Shown: positions 40,976 to 54,655 of the stretch, piece after piece
Layout: each line of letters begins with the position of its first letter
Position numbering within the stretch: position 1 is the stretch's first letter
Assembly: GCA_964016885.1 (NCBI GenBank)
Contig: OZ024741.1
Location: forward strand, 196,602,001 to 196,666,000
Length of the DNA stretch: 64,000 nucleotides
Direction: 5' to 3'
Source of the DNA: Eledone cirrhosa
Lineage: Eukaryota
Notes under the pieces: model-generated
What the model saw: only the letters and a program-made list of their open reading frames with translations
What the model was told of the DNA's origin: nothing
Database searches by the model: none
Position numbers and translations under genes: made by a program

Positions 40976-42266
40976 TCTCTATGAAACAGTAAAAATAATT
41001 GTTTCTACTTTTGGCACAAGGCCAGCAATTATCCCAGTGCATTACTGGTACTTTATTTTATCGACCCTGTAAGGATGAAAGGTAAAGTTAACTTCGACAG
41101 GATTTGAACTCAGACCGTAAAGGGAAGTAACTATGCTGGAAAGCATGGCGTCCGACCCTCTACCAATACTGCCAATCCACCGTAAACTAAAAATAATAAT
41201 AATAATTGTTTCTACAGTTGGCACTAGGCCAGCAATTTGAAAGGAAGGGGAAAATCGATTAAATCAACTCCAGTGCGTTACTGGTGCTCTGTTTCATTGA
41301 CCTTATAAAGATGAAAGGCAAAGTTGACTGTGGCAGGATTTTAAATCAGAATGTAAAAAGCCAGAACAGATGATACCACAAAGCATTTTGTCTGATGTGC
41401 TAAAGATTCAGTTAGCTCACCAATAATAATCATTTCTAACATAGGCAGATGCCCAGAAAATTGGGGCAGGGGTGAATTCTGATGTAGTACTTTGAATTGT
41501 TTTGGGTGAGCTTTGGGGAAAAATGCATTGTGGTATTTGTTCTGGCCGTTTACATTCTGATTGCAAATTCTGCTGAGGTCAACTTTACTTTACATCATTC
41601 TGAGATCAATAAAATATAGTACCAGTCAAATAATAGGTGAGATTTAATTGACTACCTCTCCCCCAAATTTCTGGTCTTATGCCTATATTAAAAACCATCA
41701 CTACTGTTGTTGCTGTTGCTAGTACTACTACTACTAGCGCTGCTGCTGTTACTACTGCTGCCGCTGCCAGCACCACCACAACAACAATCAAAGCCAGCAG
41801 CAGACCAGACACAGTGACTTGCAGTAATGATTGTTTCTACTTTAGGCACAAGGCCAGCAAATTACCCAGTGCATTACTGGTACTTTATTTTATCGAAATG
41901 ATTTCTTTTCATAATAATTGTTTCTACTATTGGCACAAGGCCAGCAATTAACCAGTACATTACTGGTACTTTATTTTATTGACCCCGTAAGGATGAAAGG
42001 CAAAGTTAACCTCGACAGGATTTGAACTCAGAATGGCAAGGGCCGTAACTCTATGCGTCAAAGCATGATGATTCCTTTTAGTTTTATTTCATTTTATGAA
42101 TAGGAGTTTTGAACAGATGATTTATATATTAAAAAATAAGATGACAGATTTACATTACTAGTTCTTGAAAATTTGACCGAAATGGCTTAGAATGCTTTCT
42201 GTAAATTTTGTATATTTTGTCCATCTTTGAGTGACATATTTCTATTAATCCTCGTTTATCACCCAG

Positions 42267-42363
42267 AAACTTGATCACTATGACCGTCCTTGGTTACCTG
42301 AATCTATAAAGAATCCTAGTAATAAACCAAAGATGGGACAGGTTCAAATGGCACCTATTAAAG
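42267..42363 (+). CDS. ZNF318: ZNF318-like inter-finger linker exon (absent from ORF track)
   Basis: CAG acceptor, AAAG|GTATTT donor, 97 nt, phase 0-1; translates KLDHYDRPWLPESIKNPSNKPKMGQVQMAPIKG, resembling the ZNF318 LDPYNRPW...PAKG linker. Confidence 0.9.
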
Positions 42364-42501
42364 GTATTTTGTTCTTTTTTTATTCCCATTTAACACTTAA
42401 TGTCCTGTACAACATGAAACGTATTTGGAAGACATTCTTGAAACCTTTACTTTAATACTTCAAAGTTTTATAAACAGATAAACCTGTGATTTTACTCTTA
42501 A

Positions 42502-42919
42502 CCCTTTTGCATTCAAACCGGCTGTATCCGGCCAGAAATGTCTCACCTCTTTCTGTTCAAACCGGTTGTAACTGGCCACTCATACTGATGTTGAGGTATT
42601 GTTCTCAAAATAAATAACATCAAAATCTCATAGATTCGATATTATAATAATAATAATAATAATAATAATAATTGTTTCTACGTTAGGCACAAGGCCAGCA
42701 ATTACCCAGTGCATTACTAGTACTTGCTGACTTTAATAATAATAATATAATGAAATATTGTGTACAGTGCTCAGGTGCACTACAACTCATCAAAAAGTGT
42801 ATGTATAGTACATAGGGTAATGTACAAAACGTCAGGAAAATGAACAGTGAGATAATTATATAAAAGTGTTTACTACAAAAATACAATAGTATATATAGAG
42901 TAATGTGAATGCTAAAGGG
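42502..42919. mobile_element. piggyBac-type MITE with internal SINE fragments; related inverted copy at 8657-8872
   Basis: TTAA|CCCTTTTGCATTCA...TGAATGCTAAAGGG|TTAA. Confidence 0.8.
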
Positions 42920-43736
42920 TTAATGTCTTGTACCTCATGAAACTATTTGCAAGACATTCTTGAAAAGTACTAAACAGCACTATCATTACATCACATTACA
43001 AATTGAAGCATTTACTCTAAACTGTAAATTTTCACAATGATTTGTTCACTAGTAGAGATACTGTAAACATTTGAATTTTAAAAAAATTGCTTTTTGATAT
43101 TTTCTGCTAAATCATTACAGCATTTTTAGGGTTAAATAGAAAACTGTTGCACTGATTTATCATCTTTTGTGACACTACAAAAAAAACCCAGTCCACCCTG
43201 TATGGTGATCATGTTGGTGTTACAACAAAAAAGCACTTGGTCCACCCTGTATGGAGTCATACTGGTGCCACGACAAAAAAGCACCCAGTCCACCCTGTCA
43301 AGTGGTCATACAAATGTCATGACAAAAACCACTTAGTCCACCCCATAAGATGGTCCTACTGATGTCATGACAAAAAGCACTCAGTTGACTCTGTAAGGTG
43401 GCATTAGAAAGGAAACCAAACCAAAATCAGATCATGTGAGCAAAATATACTCACCTAACCTGTCTGACCTCATAACATGACAACTTCCCTAACCCATGTT
43501 AGCTTAGAAAATGGATGTTAAACTGATGAGGATAATAATTAACTAAATATTTTATCATAATCCTCAACATGATCATTAAAGATTTTGTAATAGCTTTATA
43601 AGCTACAGAAAATTGTGTGAATCTATTCTTGAAAGATAAAATTAGCTATAAAGTACATCTTTTAAGTAGCATAGTCTTTTTTTTTTTTTCTTTAATTTTT
43701 CTTTTCTACAAGAGTGACAAATTTCATCTATCACAG

Positions 43737-43855
43737 GTGTGGAATTCCTCATGTCAACACATGCTTTTTATTGCACTTTGTGTAAAGAATTTTCTGGTGA
43801 TGTTCTCTGTGCTGAAGCTCATTTAAAAAGTGACAGCCATAATGCAACATATCAG
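43737..43855 (+). CDS. ZNF318: ZNF318-like exon, second matrin-type zinc finger
   Basis: CAG acceptor, CAG|GTTTG donor, 119 nt, phase 1-0; GVEFLMSTHAFYCTLCKEFSGDVLCAEAHLKSDSHNATYQ. Confidence 0.92.
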
Positions 43856-44939
43856 GTTTGTATTATCGTTTTTTAACATTTTACAAACATATGCTCTCCC
43901 ACATTGCTGCTGCCTATAAGGTTGTCATGCTGGTAACACAACAAAAAGCACTGTCCACCCCATATGGTGGTCATTCTGGCAACACAACAAAAAGCGCTTG
44001 GTCCAACTTGTAAGTTGATCTAGCTGGTGACACAACAAAAGCACCCAGTTCACCATGTAGGTGGTTGTGCTGGTGCTATGATAAAAAGCACCCAGTCCAC
44101 TGTTAAGGGTATCAAGCCATAGAAACCTAGCCCCAAACAAATCCATATGAGCACGACGCAGTCCCAGGAGCTTACCACCAGGCTCGTTGGATGGTTATGG
44201 CCATATATGTGATCGAGATAGTTCTGTTCAGAGAACTACTTACGCCATGTAAGTCAAGAGATCTAGAAAAAGTCATTTCTGGTAATAATTTTCATTCATA
44301 AAAAGTGTTTCTCTCTTTAAATCTAATATTTTTGTGTATTTAGAACATATTCCTCCTGCTTATTTTCATTTTGTTCTGTCATGTGGTTTCTTCATTGGAT
44401 TCAGTAAAGTGAACTGAAAGGACTACAAGCCAGATCCAAAAAAATCATCATAAATAAAAAGGTGTAAAAGTGTGCAACCTCTAAATATCATTCGATTGAG
44501 CTATAATTTGGCATGTGCCGTTAATTCCTCAACTCGGACACTGGCGTAACAGACATGAGATGATTGGTGAATAGTTTGCAAAATGGAATACTCTAATGTG
44601 GAGTCTATGTCTCCTGTTTTCTTTTTTTTCAAGTATTATATTTTTATAACTAAATGTCCTTTCTCTCACCTACCACATCACAGCATGGACTGGGTACAAT
44701 TTATCTTGTCCTTGGTACTAGAGAAATTCACCTCATCTAGACCAAAAGGTCCTCTGTACTCAATTTTTCCTCTATTATTGTTGAAGGCCATCCTGTCACC
44801 AGCAACTTTATAATGTGGATTGGGTGTATTTCACTGTGCCATTGACACTAGAGAGATTGTTTTGAACAAGTCAAAAGAGCCCATTCAATCTTATGTAACC
44901 TCTGTTCATGCAATTCCTGTTCATATTCAAGTTATTTTA

Positions 44940-46430
44940 ATTCAGTGTACATCTAGCATGCTTATTGCTGCTGGCAACATCATGACATCTGCCATTGGTG
45001 TCCAGCAAGACAACCCACTCAAACTAACCTTATTTACATTAGTTATTGACATTGCTTGCTCTATTTTTTTCACCTTTCAACATTTGGTACATAGACAACG
45101 CAACACTGGGTAGTTTAGTTGAGTCTGTTGCAGATCTCTACAATAATATTCTATCAATATTGCTTCTTAGACTTGGTAATCTCATCGCAGTCAGAAGTGT
45201 TAAATGTAAAGATGATACCTCTGTTTTCTGCTAACTGATTCTGGTGCCTGGAAACCAAATGAAAATCTGGCATTGATGACTGACAGATTGCATCTGATTG
45301 ATTCTTATCCAACCTTCTTTCTGTTGAAGAACTGCTTCATTCTTCCTAAATTTTTCTTTTTGCCATGCAGCACACCATCATGATCACTTAATGCCTGTCT
45401 TCCTCTCTAGCAAGGGTTGGCCAGGTCTTCACAGACTGAGTCAGTATTCATGTGAAGTTACTGGCCTCTCTGATGGGCTGGTGGTGGTGGTGGCTACATC
45501 TCACATATATTCCTGCTTTCTACCAAATGCATTTTATCATGGCATCAGCAGTGGAAGTTGTCATGTCTTTAACAGAGCTGAAGAGTCCTCTCTTGTGGAC
45601 ACCAACCTATTTATTTTCAAGTCATCTTGACAAAGTTGATGCTACCATTTGTTCGTGTGCAGAATTCTCCTGCAATGTCGTTTTTAACAACACTGGCTGG
45701 CAGCAAACACAACTTTCTATGAGATTTGGCAGCCTTGACCTCTGCTCAGTACCCAACATGGCATTGGCAACTTATGTTTCCTTTATCACCTTCATCTGTG
45801 CTCCTACCATGTGGTTCTCCTTAACCTAACCAAACCTAATGTGGATTGCAAAAAAGGAAACGATGCAGGTTGTCTGGGTTTGTGATGGCCACACAGTCCC
45901 ACAAGATGCAACCAATCAACACAATATCAAATGTAATTCTTACAGCATGAGGATCCTGTCATCTATTGACCTATGCCATCTCACCTATCTCCAGATAGGT
46001 GAGATGGCATAGGTCTCACAACCAAACAACAATACCTGCTTCTACATGGTACCTTCTTTGTTGACCGATAGCTTTCTTGACAGTGATTGCACACACATAG
46101 GATTGCTCTGTGTCTTAGTCTCTTCATGTGTGCTGTGTCACTTTCTCCACTACCATACTGGGGATGGGGTGGTGGCTGCCACCTGATGAGGAGCAGAAGA
46201 TGACTAAATATCATTTATTAACAAATTCTTGTTTGTGCCAGTCAATGTTGTAACCTCTGCTGTCCTCAGTCTTCTGACACCTATTGTCCTTTGTCATATT
46301 GAAATGACAGCATTGTACCTGGTGTCCTCAGTCTTCTGACATCCATCATCCTTCATCATATTGAAATGATAGCATTCTGCCTGAGGAAAGAACTCTTTGA
46401 GACAGAGTTCCTCATGTTGACACTTTTGTA
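44940..46430 (+). mobile_element. Highly degenerate non-LTR retrotransposon, CRE-like
   Basis: GVQQDNPL, NIWYIDNATLG (cf. WYLDDGTLG) and QLSMRFGSLDL (cf. LPxRxGGLGL) in the expected order. Confidence 0.6.
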
Positions 46431-47122
46431 ATCTTGTCTACGGGGTTAGAGATGATTTATGTTGTTCAATAGAGAGTGCAATTTTTTTTTAATGTTCCTA
46501 TGTTCATTTATTGAAATAAAAATTGTTTTAATTTACCTAAATTCAAATAAAATTAATTTGATACATATACTAATAAAGATAACAATATAATATTAGATAT
46601 AAGATATGTATTTACAATTTTGTGTTATGAATGCTAATAAATTCTACATTTGCTAAAATAGATTATTTTGAGGTATTTCCATGTAAAAAAAAGTCATGTT
46701 TTTACTACTAAACACAGTTGTTAGAAATTTGAAATTTTGTTTCATTTCATTGAACTTAATATCAAATTTCTTTACAGTTTGTTGCTCCAAAAGTAGCATT
46801 TATCTTTTCTGTACAACATTCAAAAGCAGTGAGGGTGAAAAATACGTGAAATTTCACAAATTTTTACTTTGTTGGACTATTTGGAAAAACTACTATTTTG
46901 GCCATTTTTATCCAACTTAGAAAATGTCAAGCATCTTGAGAATTATTCACTTTGTTGTGTTAACTTTATTATAATATCCAGAACATAGCTTTTCCATTGA
47001 TATGATAGGTTCTCTGCAAGTTATAATTTTTATTTAAATTTAACTGAATCATAATTTTGCACTTAATATTACTGAATACCCATGAAAAAATATATCTTCT
47101 ATATTTTGAATGTATTTTTCAG

Positions 47123-48562
47123 AAACACATTGAAGAAAATCCATATTATGAAAAACGGTTAAATCTTGATAAAGCAGCCGGTCTTCAGTTTTTCACTTCA
47201 GACAAAGGAGAAAAGAGGAAAAATAATGAAGACAGTGATAATGAAGAAAAGAAGGATAGCTTAAAAAAACCTCAACATGACTCTAAAGAAAGGTTTTCAG
47301 AAGATAATAAAGAGAGAGAAGTCTTGTCAAAGGATTTGATGAAAGATATAAAGACAGACTCTAAAAAGTCAACTGAAATTTCTCATGAAGAAATTCAAAG
47401 TGAAAAATCTGAAAATAGAAGCAATAAAAATGCTGAGGTGTCTCCAAATTCTGAAGATAAACAAAATGGGACAAAAGCAACAGTTTTAGAGGAAAATTCT
47501 GTAAAAGACAAGATTTTGGATCAAGTAAAACCAACTGTCCAAAGGTCAAAAATTGCAATTAAACTTACTGGTAAAACAGGAATAAAACCTCTTCAATATC
47601 CAGTTTTGCCCCCTTCAATACCTGTTGGTAAAATGCCTGGTCGACATAAAAAGCGGATTGCTAAAGCAAGTATTGGTAAGAAAGTCTGGCCAACGAAAGA
47701 AATTGAAAACCAATTATCTCTTGATGATTTCCTGACCTGTTCAAACAACAATGGTAGTGTCCCAGTTGTTTCAGATATAGAAACTGGTATAGAAAAAACT
47801 GATTTTAAAATAACTAATGTGGACACTTCTAGACAATCAAGTGATATTTCAAGTCCACAAGAATATGTTGGTAACATTGAAAGTATAGAAACTTCTCAGA
47901 AACTCTTGCCTGAATCCCACATCTCTACAACAACAACAATTGCCCCTGTTTCCCAAATATCTGGTAGCTGCCTTCTCCCGATTAATGTTTTAGCAGCACC
48001 ACCTCCCCCACCTCCCCCAGAAAGTACATGTAAGAATTCCAATAATTTGGATAGTAAAAGCTCAGATTTGTGTAGTTTTCCTGTAGTTGATCAAAGGAAA
48101 ATGAATACAGGTGAATTGAATAAAGAGAGTGAAACTAAAGGCATTTCTGAAAATATAAATGGAGCAAGGACTTTATTGAACCATGAAAGTGGAACACTAA
48201 CACCAATATCTACTAGTGTCAGTATGAAATCTGAAGAGTTTTCAGCAGAAGATCTTGATGATATGAGACTCTTGGGTATTGATCCTGCTTCTCAGGTTCC
48301 TATGGCAGAAGTACGGCCACCACCATCGCTTCTCTCTTTAACAGCACATAACATGACTAATGAAGGTCATGAAATTAAGTGTAAACCAACCAAAGACAAA
48401 AGTTATCTGGGCAGTAGCTATAATATTTCTATTGTAGATAATAATAGTATTGTACATGAAAAAGATAGAAAACAATCAGAAGCTAAGACAGTTTCTGTTT
48501 CTTTTGATGAAAACAAAGAGCAATCTCCTGAGGAATTGTTTCAACATGGTCCAGAGACTAGG
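47123..48562 (+). CDS. ZNF318: ZNF318-like exon after the zinc fingers (duplicated exon, copy 1)
   Basis: TTTTTCAG acceptor, AGG|GTATGT donor, 1440 nt, phase 0-0; begins KHIEENPYYEKRLNLDKAAGL, the conserved post-finger motif. Confidence 0.88.
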
Positions 48563-48793
48563 GTATGTAATATTATTTGATTTGTTTCTACCGGGTGTTA
48601 ATATTTATGACAAAAGAGCTAAGTGAGAGTGTATATCACGTTTCAATATTACTGAACAACTGAGGTAATTGTCAAATGTAAAGTTGTTATTGTTTAGCCT
48701 CATATCAGCCCTGATCAAAGTCGTTCTAACCATGGCCATGCCATCTTTTTGTATATTAGGATCCATATTGTTCAATATGTGCTTTCTTTTTAA

Positions 48794-49049
48794 CCCTTTC
48801 ATTACCATATTTCTAATGAAATACACTACCTCTGTGTTTCAATTAATTTTGAAAATAATTTTTTTTAAATTGGAGGAATTTGATAAAATAATTACATTTT
48901 TCATTTAGTAAATTGATATTTAGGTCATTAAGAAAAATTTATGAAATAAAATTTTGAAGAAAGAATTTAATATGAAGATAAACATTTTAAAATGAGCAGT
49001 TTTGTATCATAAATCCAGGACAGTTTTGGGTGGTTTGGTATGAAATGGG
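48794..49049. mobile_element. piggyBac-type MITE inserted in another short repeat (~48690-49135; relatives at ~860-1055 and ~31985-32170)
   Basis: TTAA TSD on both sides, TIR CCCTTTCATTACCA / TGGTATGAAATGGG. Confidence 0.85.
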
Positions 49050-49214
49050 TTAAAACAGTAGGATGTAATCTGAGTGAGATTTGGCTGTTATTTCTAGTAA
49101 GTTGATCAACAACTTAGAGGCTCCCTCATTAACTCAGTGGATGTGTATGTCAACTATGGGGAATCTGAATGTATATAGCAACTGATTTTGTTGTGGCAAA
49201 GTGTAAAGAAAATG

Positions 49215-49628
49215 TGATTAATACTGAATGACACACTAGCAGTAGATACAGAGGATATGTGATGGCTGGAGAGAAATAAAGCGAGCATGCTCCATTGGAT
49301 GTGCAATGTTAATGTGGGTAGGAATGACAAAGCATGGATTAGCTGAGAGAAATACTGAGTATAGGAGGAATTAGATGTAATGTGTAAGAAAGAAGACTAC
49401 ACTAGATTGGACATATGATACATATGGATGATGATTGTTGGGTAAAGAAGTACCTAGAAATCCTACTGGAAGTTAAGGGCAGAGGTGGTGAGAGCTGATC
49501 TCAAATCACTGAAGCTCACAGAGGATATGACAAAAGAATGTAACAAATGAAAGGATGTTGTGCTGGAAAAGACACATCCAATCCATATAAGCATAGAAAT
49601 GTGGATGTACAATGGTGGTTATGATGAC
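49215..49628 (+). mobile_element. Old RTE 3' fragment
   Basis: Decayed LERNEASMLRWMCNV region and ATG-type tail. Confidence 0.8.
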
Positions 49629-50084
49629 ATAATCATCAAGTGAAAGCTTACACCAACTGTAATAGTGGATTGGAAAGAAACTGATAACAGCTGAGTTATT
49701 GTAATTATGTTGTTTATGATTTTATTACAACAGAAACACAGTTAATTTTCTCTTGCTGACATCATAGCATGTTCCAAAATCTATGATCTAAATTGTTATA
49801 TATCATCATCATCTCTGTTTAACATCTATCTTTCATGCTTGCATGCATTAGATAGGCTAGACTAGCCAAGTAACTACCTCTTGCTCATATACACAGTTTT
49901 TAATTTGGTTTTTATGGCTGAATTCCCTTCCTAACACTAACCACTTTACAGCATTTACTGGAAGCATTTTATGACTCCAATATTTCCACCTTACAGAGTG
50001 GACTAGCTGCTTTTTGACATGGCTCTAACATTACTACCTTACAGTATGAACTATTAAATATATCAACAGTTTGACTTATCTCTG

Positions 50085-52615
50085 TATTACCAGTTGTTTC
50101 AAGATGTAAAACATGTCTATCACATCAGATGCTTTCAAGAATAAGCAGCAAATAGAATGGAGTTTAGGTGCATGCTGATAAAGGTTTCCATTGGTTGGTT
50201 CAGGTCAGTTGGTGGTGTCAATATGTCAGTGACAGCAGTATGGTGAGAGAACATGGGATAGATTGTGCATAGGTGTCTCCATTAATTTTGTTAGAATTCA
50301 GTGACATTAAATGTATGTTTATGGTCACCCTGGTGGTATGATTGAGTTTGGCAGCTCTGGGTTGAATATTTAATTAATATATGTAATTACTTTTTGGTAG
50401 GTTTTTTGTTGGTGTTTTCAGGGTGTGTGTGTGTTGGTTTAAGGGTGGAAGCTGTCGGCTTCACACATGAGCTGGATGGAGCTAAGGTGACCTTTGTGCA
50501 ATGTCTGGGGCCAGTGGTTTGAAGTCGGCTAACAGGATGCTTGTCCAATGGAAGCAAAATGTTAAGTCAGTTTTCCTGCTGATGGATAACATAGGTATAT
50601 GCAATCTTTTGTAGAGGTAGAATTGACAATTATAGACCCTAGGCTAATATGAGAATCTCTGTTCAGAATGTTACATTTAATGTAGGAATGTTATGCCCTT
50701 GTTCACTGTGCCTCTATGTGAAACGTGACAGTGAGATGAAGTTCAACCTGTTTTTTGCACCTAAAGGAGTGTGCATGCTGTGTAAATCTACCCCATTGAT
50801 TGTTAGGTCCATATAGTTCCTCTGGAAGCCATCTGCTTGTGTGAAGGTAGCTCTATAGACCATAACCTTTGAGAAGTAGGATACAACCAGAGGACAGTTG
50901 GTAGGGTTTTGGCAATTGCAGATTGGTGTGTGTGCTTTTTTTCTGTTATAATATTTGAACTGATGCTATCTAAACAGGATCAGCTAACCATAATATTGGT
51001 GTAAGATCTTGTGGTACTTAAGGGTGTATGGGAAGTGTTTTCGTACTAGAAACAAGAAGTTCTGAATTATATTTGTTGATATGTCTTTCTCTTAACATGT
51101 ATATATATATTTTTCTATGAATTCACTTCGTTATTACCTTATTATGATGGAGTTCAACCATGTCAAAGCGCTGTCTGTTGGATGATAAGCTAGAGGTTTT
51201 TCTACTAGTCCTCTTTACAAAGTTTCTAACTTTAACTGGGGTGGGGTTCTTTAAATACACCTCATTAGGCTTCCTATAGGGGTAGTGCTTACGAGTTTTG
51301 AGGTTCAGAGTGATGTTCAGAATGTAAACTTTGACTAAGTTGGTGGTAACTGTGATGTTTAGGCTGAACTTATTCATAGCATGTCCCTTCATATGGCTTG
51401 AGCTTGCTAGGCCATTGTCTCAATGCTGACCATGGGGATGTGTTACTTTCTTGAGTATCAAGGAACAATAAACTGAAAAAGTCAGTTACATCAACCCTGC
51501 TGTATGACCCTATTGATATGTTGAACAGTAAATCCCCTGTTGGACCCAGTATGAATTGTCAAGAAAAAATAACTTCTAGCATTCAGAATTATTCTGATAT
51601 CTATGTTGCTGATCTTAGTGAATTGTTTACCAAAATCTAGGGTTTCAGTAGGTGGTGTTTTGATATGGAATGATAAAAGCCTATGATGTTGAACTGGATG
51701 AATCTGCAGGATGCATTATTTTCAATATTGCAAAACCAGATGACAGCATTGCTGGAGTCCCAAGGACTAGGCCAGTCACTCTTCTGATTTCAGAGTTGAT
51801 ACCACTGAGGATTTGCTTACTAATTCTGTCTAATCCACTCTTACAGAGTTTAATCACCCTGTACTTAGGGTTGAGGAGAAAGTTTGGTTTGTGATCCTAA
51901 TGAGTGACATAGGGGGTAGGTGTGTGGTGAGGCACTCCACACAGTCTTTTACCTGAAAGAGAGAGGTTCCTTTGCTTTGGTGTTTATGTCATTGTATGTT
52001 GTGGTGTGTGTTTTCTTGTATATATTAGTGATGGTGTTAGTCAAGAATTTGTTGTGAGTGGTGGTTTTTGTTTCATAGATGTTCTTTGCCATGTCAGCAA
52101 GAGTGTGTACATTTTTGGATTATTTGAGGCATGTAGTGTAATTGTTTAAGGAGTTTAAAAAAAGGGATTAGAATGTTGTTGCAAACTTATCTTTTTAATG
52201 AGGTTCATCAAGTCTGCTTGGAAACTTCCAAGGTCCTTAATCTGAGGCAGACATTTCCATGATTTGAGATCATACATTTGCAGATGTGTTGGTAGTTGAG
52301 TTCTTGAAAAAATAGGCCTTCCAGCACACATGCTTCATCAGTCTTCCTGCTCTATCCTTTCCTTGGTGTATAAGTATGTTATTTAGTGAATACTGAAGTA
52401 GTTGTCTCTCCATCTCAGACTGTTGGATCTTCGTCTATAGGTAGTGCTTGATAATGGTTGGAGAAGTTTTACATGTGTGGGTATAAATGAAAGAAAAGAG
52501 CAATCAACGCCTAATATAGAGTTGAGAGTATTCATGTTAAGTTTGACCTACCTCCACGTTGCCAGTGTTTTCATGATGTAGACATGTCTATCTCATCAGA
52601 TGCTTTAGAGAATGG
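50085..52615 (-). mobile_element. Degenerate Penelope-like element flanked by pLTR-like direct repeats
   Basis: HYPYRKPN and related RT relics; ~50-nt direct repeat at 50092-50142 and 52563-52613. Confidence 0.7.
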
Positions 52616-52801
52616 GAGAGCATGCCTCAGTGTACAGTGGATTGAAAAATAATGAAAATTGCTTCTCTTTCTCTCTATATTATGATTGATATAGTACTTC
52701 TGTAATCTACTCTCAGAGTATTTTATACTGAGAAAATTAATACTCTTTGAAAAATGGTATTTTACATTTGAAATGAATTTATGTTGTTTCTATACATGGT
52801 A

Positions 52802-52843
<42 letters not shown>

Positions 52844-52935
52844 GTAAAAAATTGAACGGGAACAAAACAGAGAGGCAGTACGAACAAAGGTTTATTAGTT
52901 TCACGCTCTTGAGAGTGGGGTGGTGGTGGTGGGGA

Positions 52936-52967
52936 ACGACGTTTCGGGCATAAGCCCTTCTTCAGGT
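52936..52967 (-). ncRNA. Minimal type I hammerhead ribozyme motif (Penelope-type)
   Basis: Minus strand AC-CUGAAGA-A-GGGC(UUAU)GCCC-GAAAC-GUC-GU; core intact, stem I only 2 bp. Confidence 0.7.
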
Positions 52968-53167
52968 GAAAAGTGTGTGGGAAGAGAGTTCCAAGGGTGT
53001 GTAGGGAAGTGGTGGAGAGACATACAGAAAAAAAGGGGGTGAGAGGAAACAGTACAAATGAAATTAAATATAAAAGCATAATAAAAATAAAAATAAACAT
53101 GAGGTAAAACAGATATATATATATATATATATAGATATATAGATATATATACATACATACACATACA

Positions 53168-54655
53168 CATCATCATCGTTTTTATGTTCGTTTTTCCATG
53201 CTTGCATGGGTTGGATGGGTCCTTTTCAGCACAGCATCTCTCCATTTGCCACATTCCTCTGTCATCTCCTTTGATGGTCAGCTCTCACAACCTCTGCCTA
53301 GGTTTTTCTTGGTCCACCTCTACTGCGGCTTCCTTCATCTGGGATTTCTTGCTATTTTATCACTCATCAATTTTTCATCCATTCACATCACACGTCTGTA
53401 CCAATGCAGTCTACTCTCCTACACGCCACTTTGGATTCCTCTTAAACCCAGTTTCTCCCTCGGTTCATCGAAGCTCTGCTTTTCTCTCACATTTACATTG
53501 TACATCCAATGGAGCATTGGTTGCTTCATTTCTCTCCAGCCTATGCATGTCCTCTGCAGTCACAGCCCATGTTTCACTACCATGTAGCATCACACTCCAC
53601 ACACGGGTGTCATACAGCCTTGCTTTTGTTGTCAAATTTCCGTATTTGGAACTTATTCTCTAGTTCTTTTATGGATACACCTATAAGGATCAGATCATCC
53701 ACATAGAGAAGTTCCTATGGAAAGCCAGTCTTAAACTCCTCTGTAATGGTGTGGAGAACTATGATGAATAGCAGTGGGCTAAGAACCTATCCCTGATGAA
53801 CTCCTACCTTAAATTCCTCACTAAATTCACTTCCTACTCTCACTTTACTGATAGCTCCTCTGTACATGGCTTGTACCTCTCTCACAAGCCATTCTTTTTC
53901 ACCTAATTTCTTTAAGGACCATCAGATAATAGATTGAGGTACTCTGCCAAAGGTCTTTTCCAGATCAACAGAAGCTAAATATTGCAGCTTATTCTTGGCT
54001 AGGAACTTCTCTTGTAGTTGCCTCACTAAAAAGAGTGTGTTTGTAGTACTTTTTCCAGGCATGAACAAAATTGCATCTCATCTAATTTGACTCTTTCCCA
54101 AAGTAGCTGCGCTATAACTCTTTCTGTCAATTTCATAACTTGGTCTATTAGTTATATTCCTCTATAGTTGCTCCTTTCTAGAGCATCACCTTTACCCTTG
54201 TAGCAATTTATGATTGTACTGCTGCACCAGTCATTGGGTATGACATTGTCCTGTATTGCCTGATTGACTATGCAGGTTATTAGTTCGACTCCTACCTCTT
54301 CCGATGCTTATAGTATCTCAGCAACCATCTCTCATAGTCATGCAACTTTACCACTCTTCATCTTTTGATTGCTTCTTTGACTTTATAACTGTATTTTCTT
54401 TTCCTCCCATTCATTCTCTACATTCATCAGTCTCTCATAGTAACATTTCTAGGCATCTTTCTTTTGAGCATCAGTGGTGCTAAGTGTGGCAGTGTCATTT
54501 GTAATACACTTTTCCCTAACAACATCCCAATTCACACTGATACACAATGCAGAACACTTCACATCTTTGATCCTCATGCCTGAAGACTGGCAAACTTTCT
54601 TTTTTCAGCCTCTCTCCGAGCTGTGTATAGCTGTCATCTAGCTTCTTTCTTAGCA
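53168..54655 (-). mobile_element. Degenerate RTE LINE, 5'-truncated and internally deleted
   Basis: (CAT)n tail and RT-region nucleotide similarity to 17100-19050. Confidence 0.88.

Noticed and set aside
41698-41790. Ala/Thr-rich ORFs
   Set aside because: Mixed trinucleotide microsatellite within an intron.
46261-46383. 62-nt tandem duplication
   Set aside because: Diverged local duplication inside a dead retroelement, with no sign of function.
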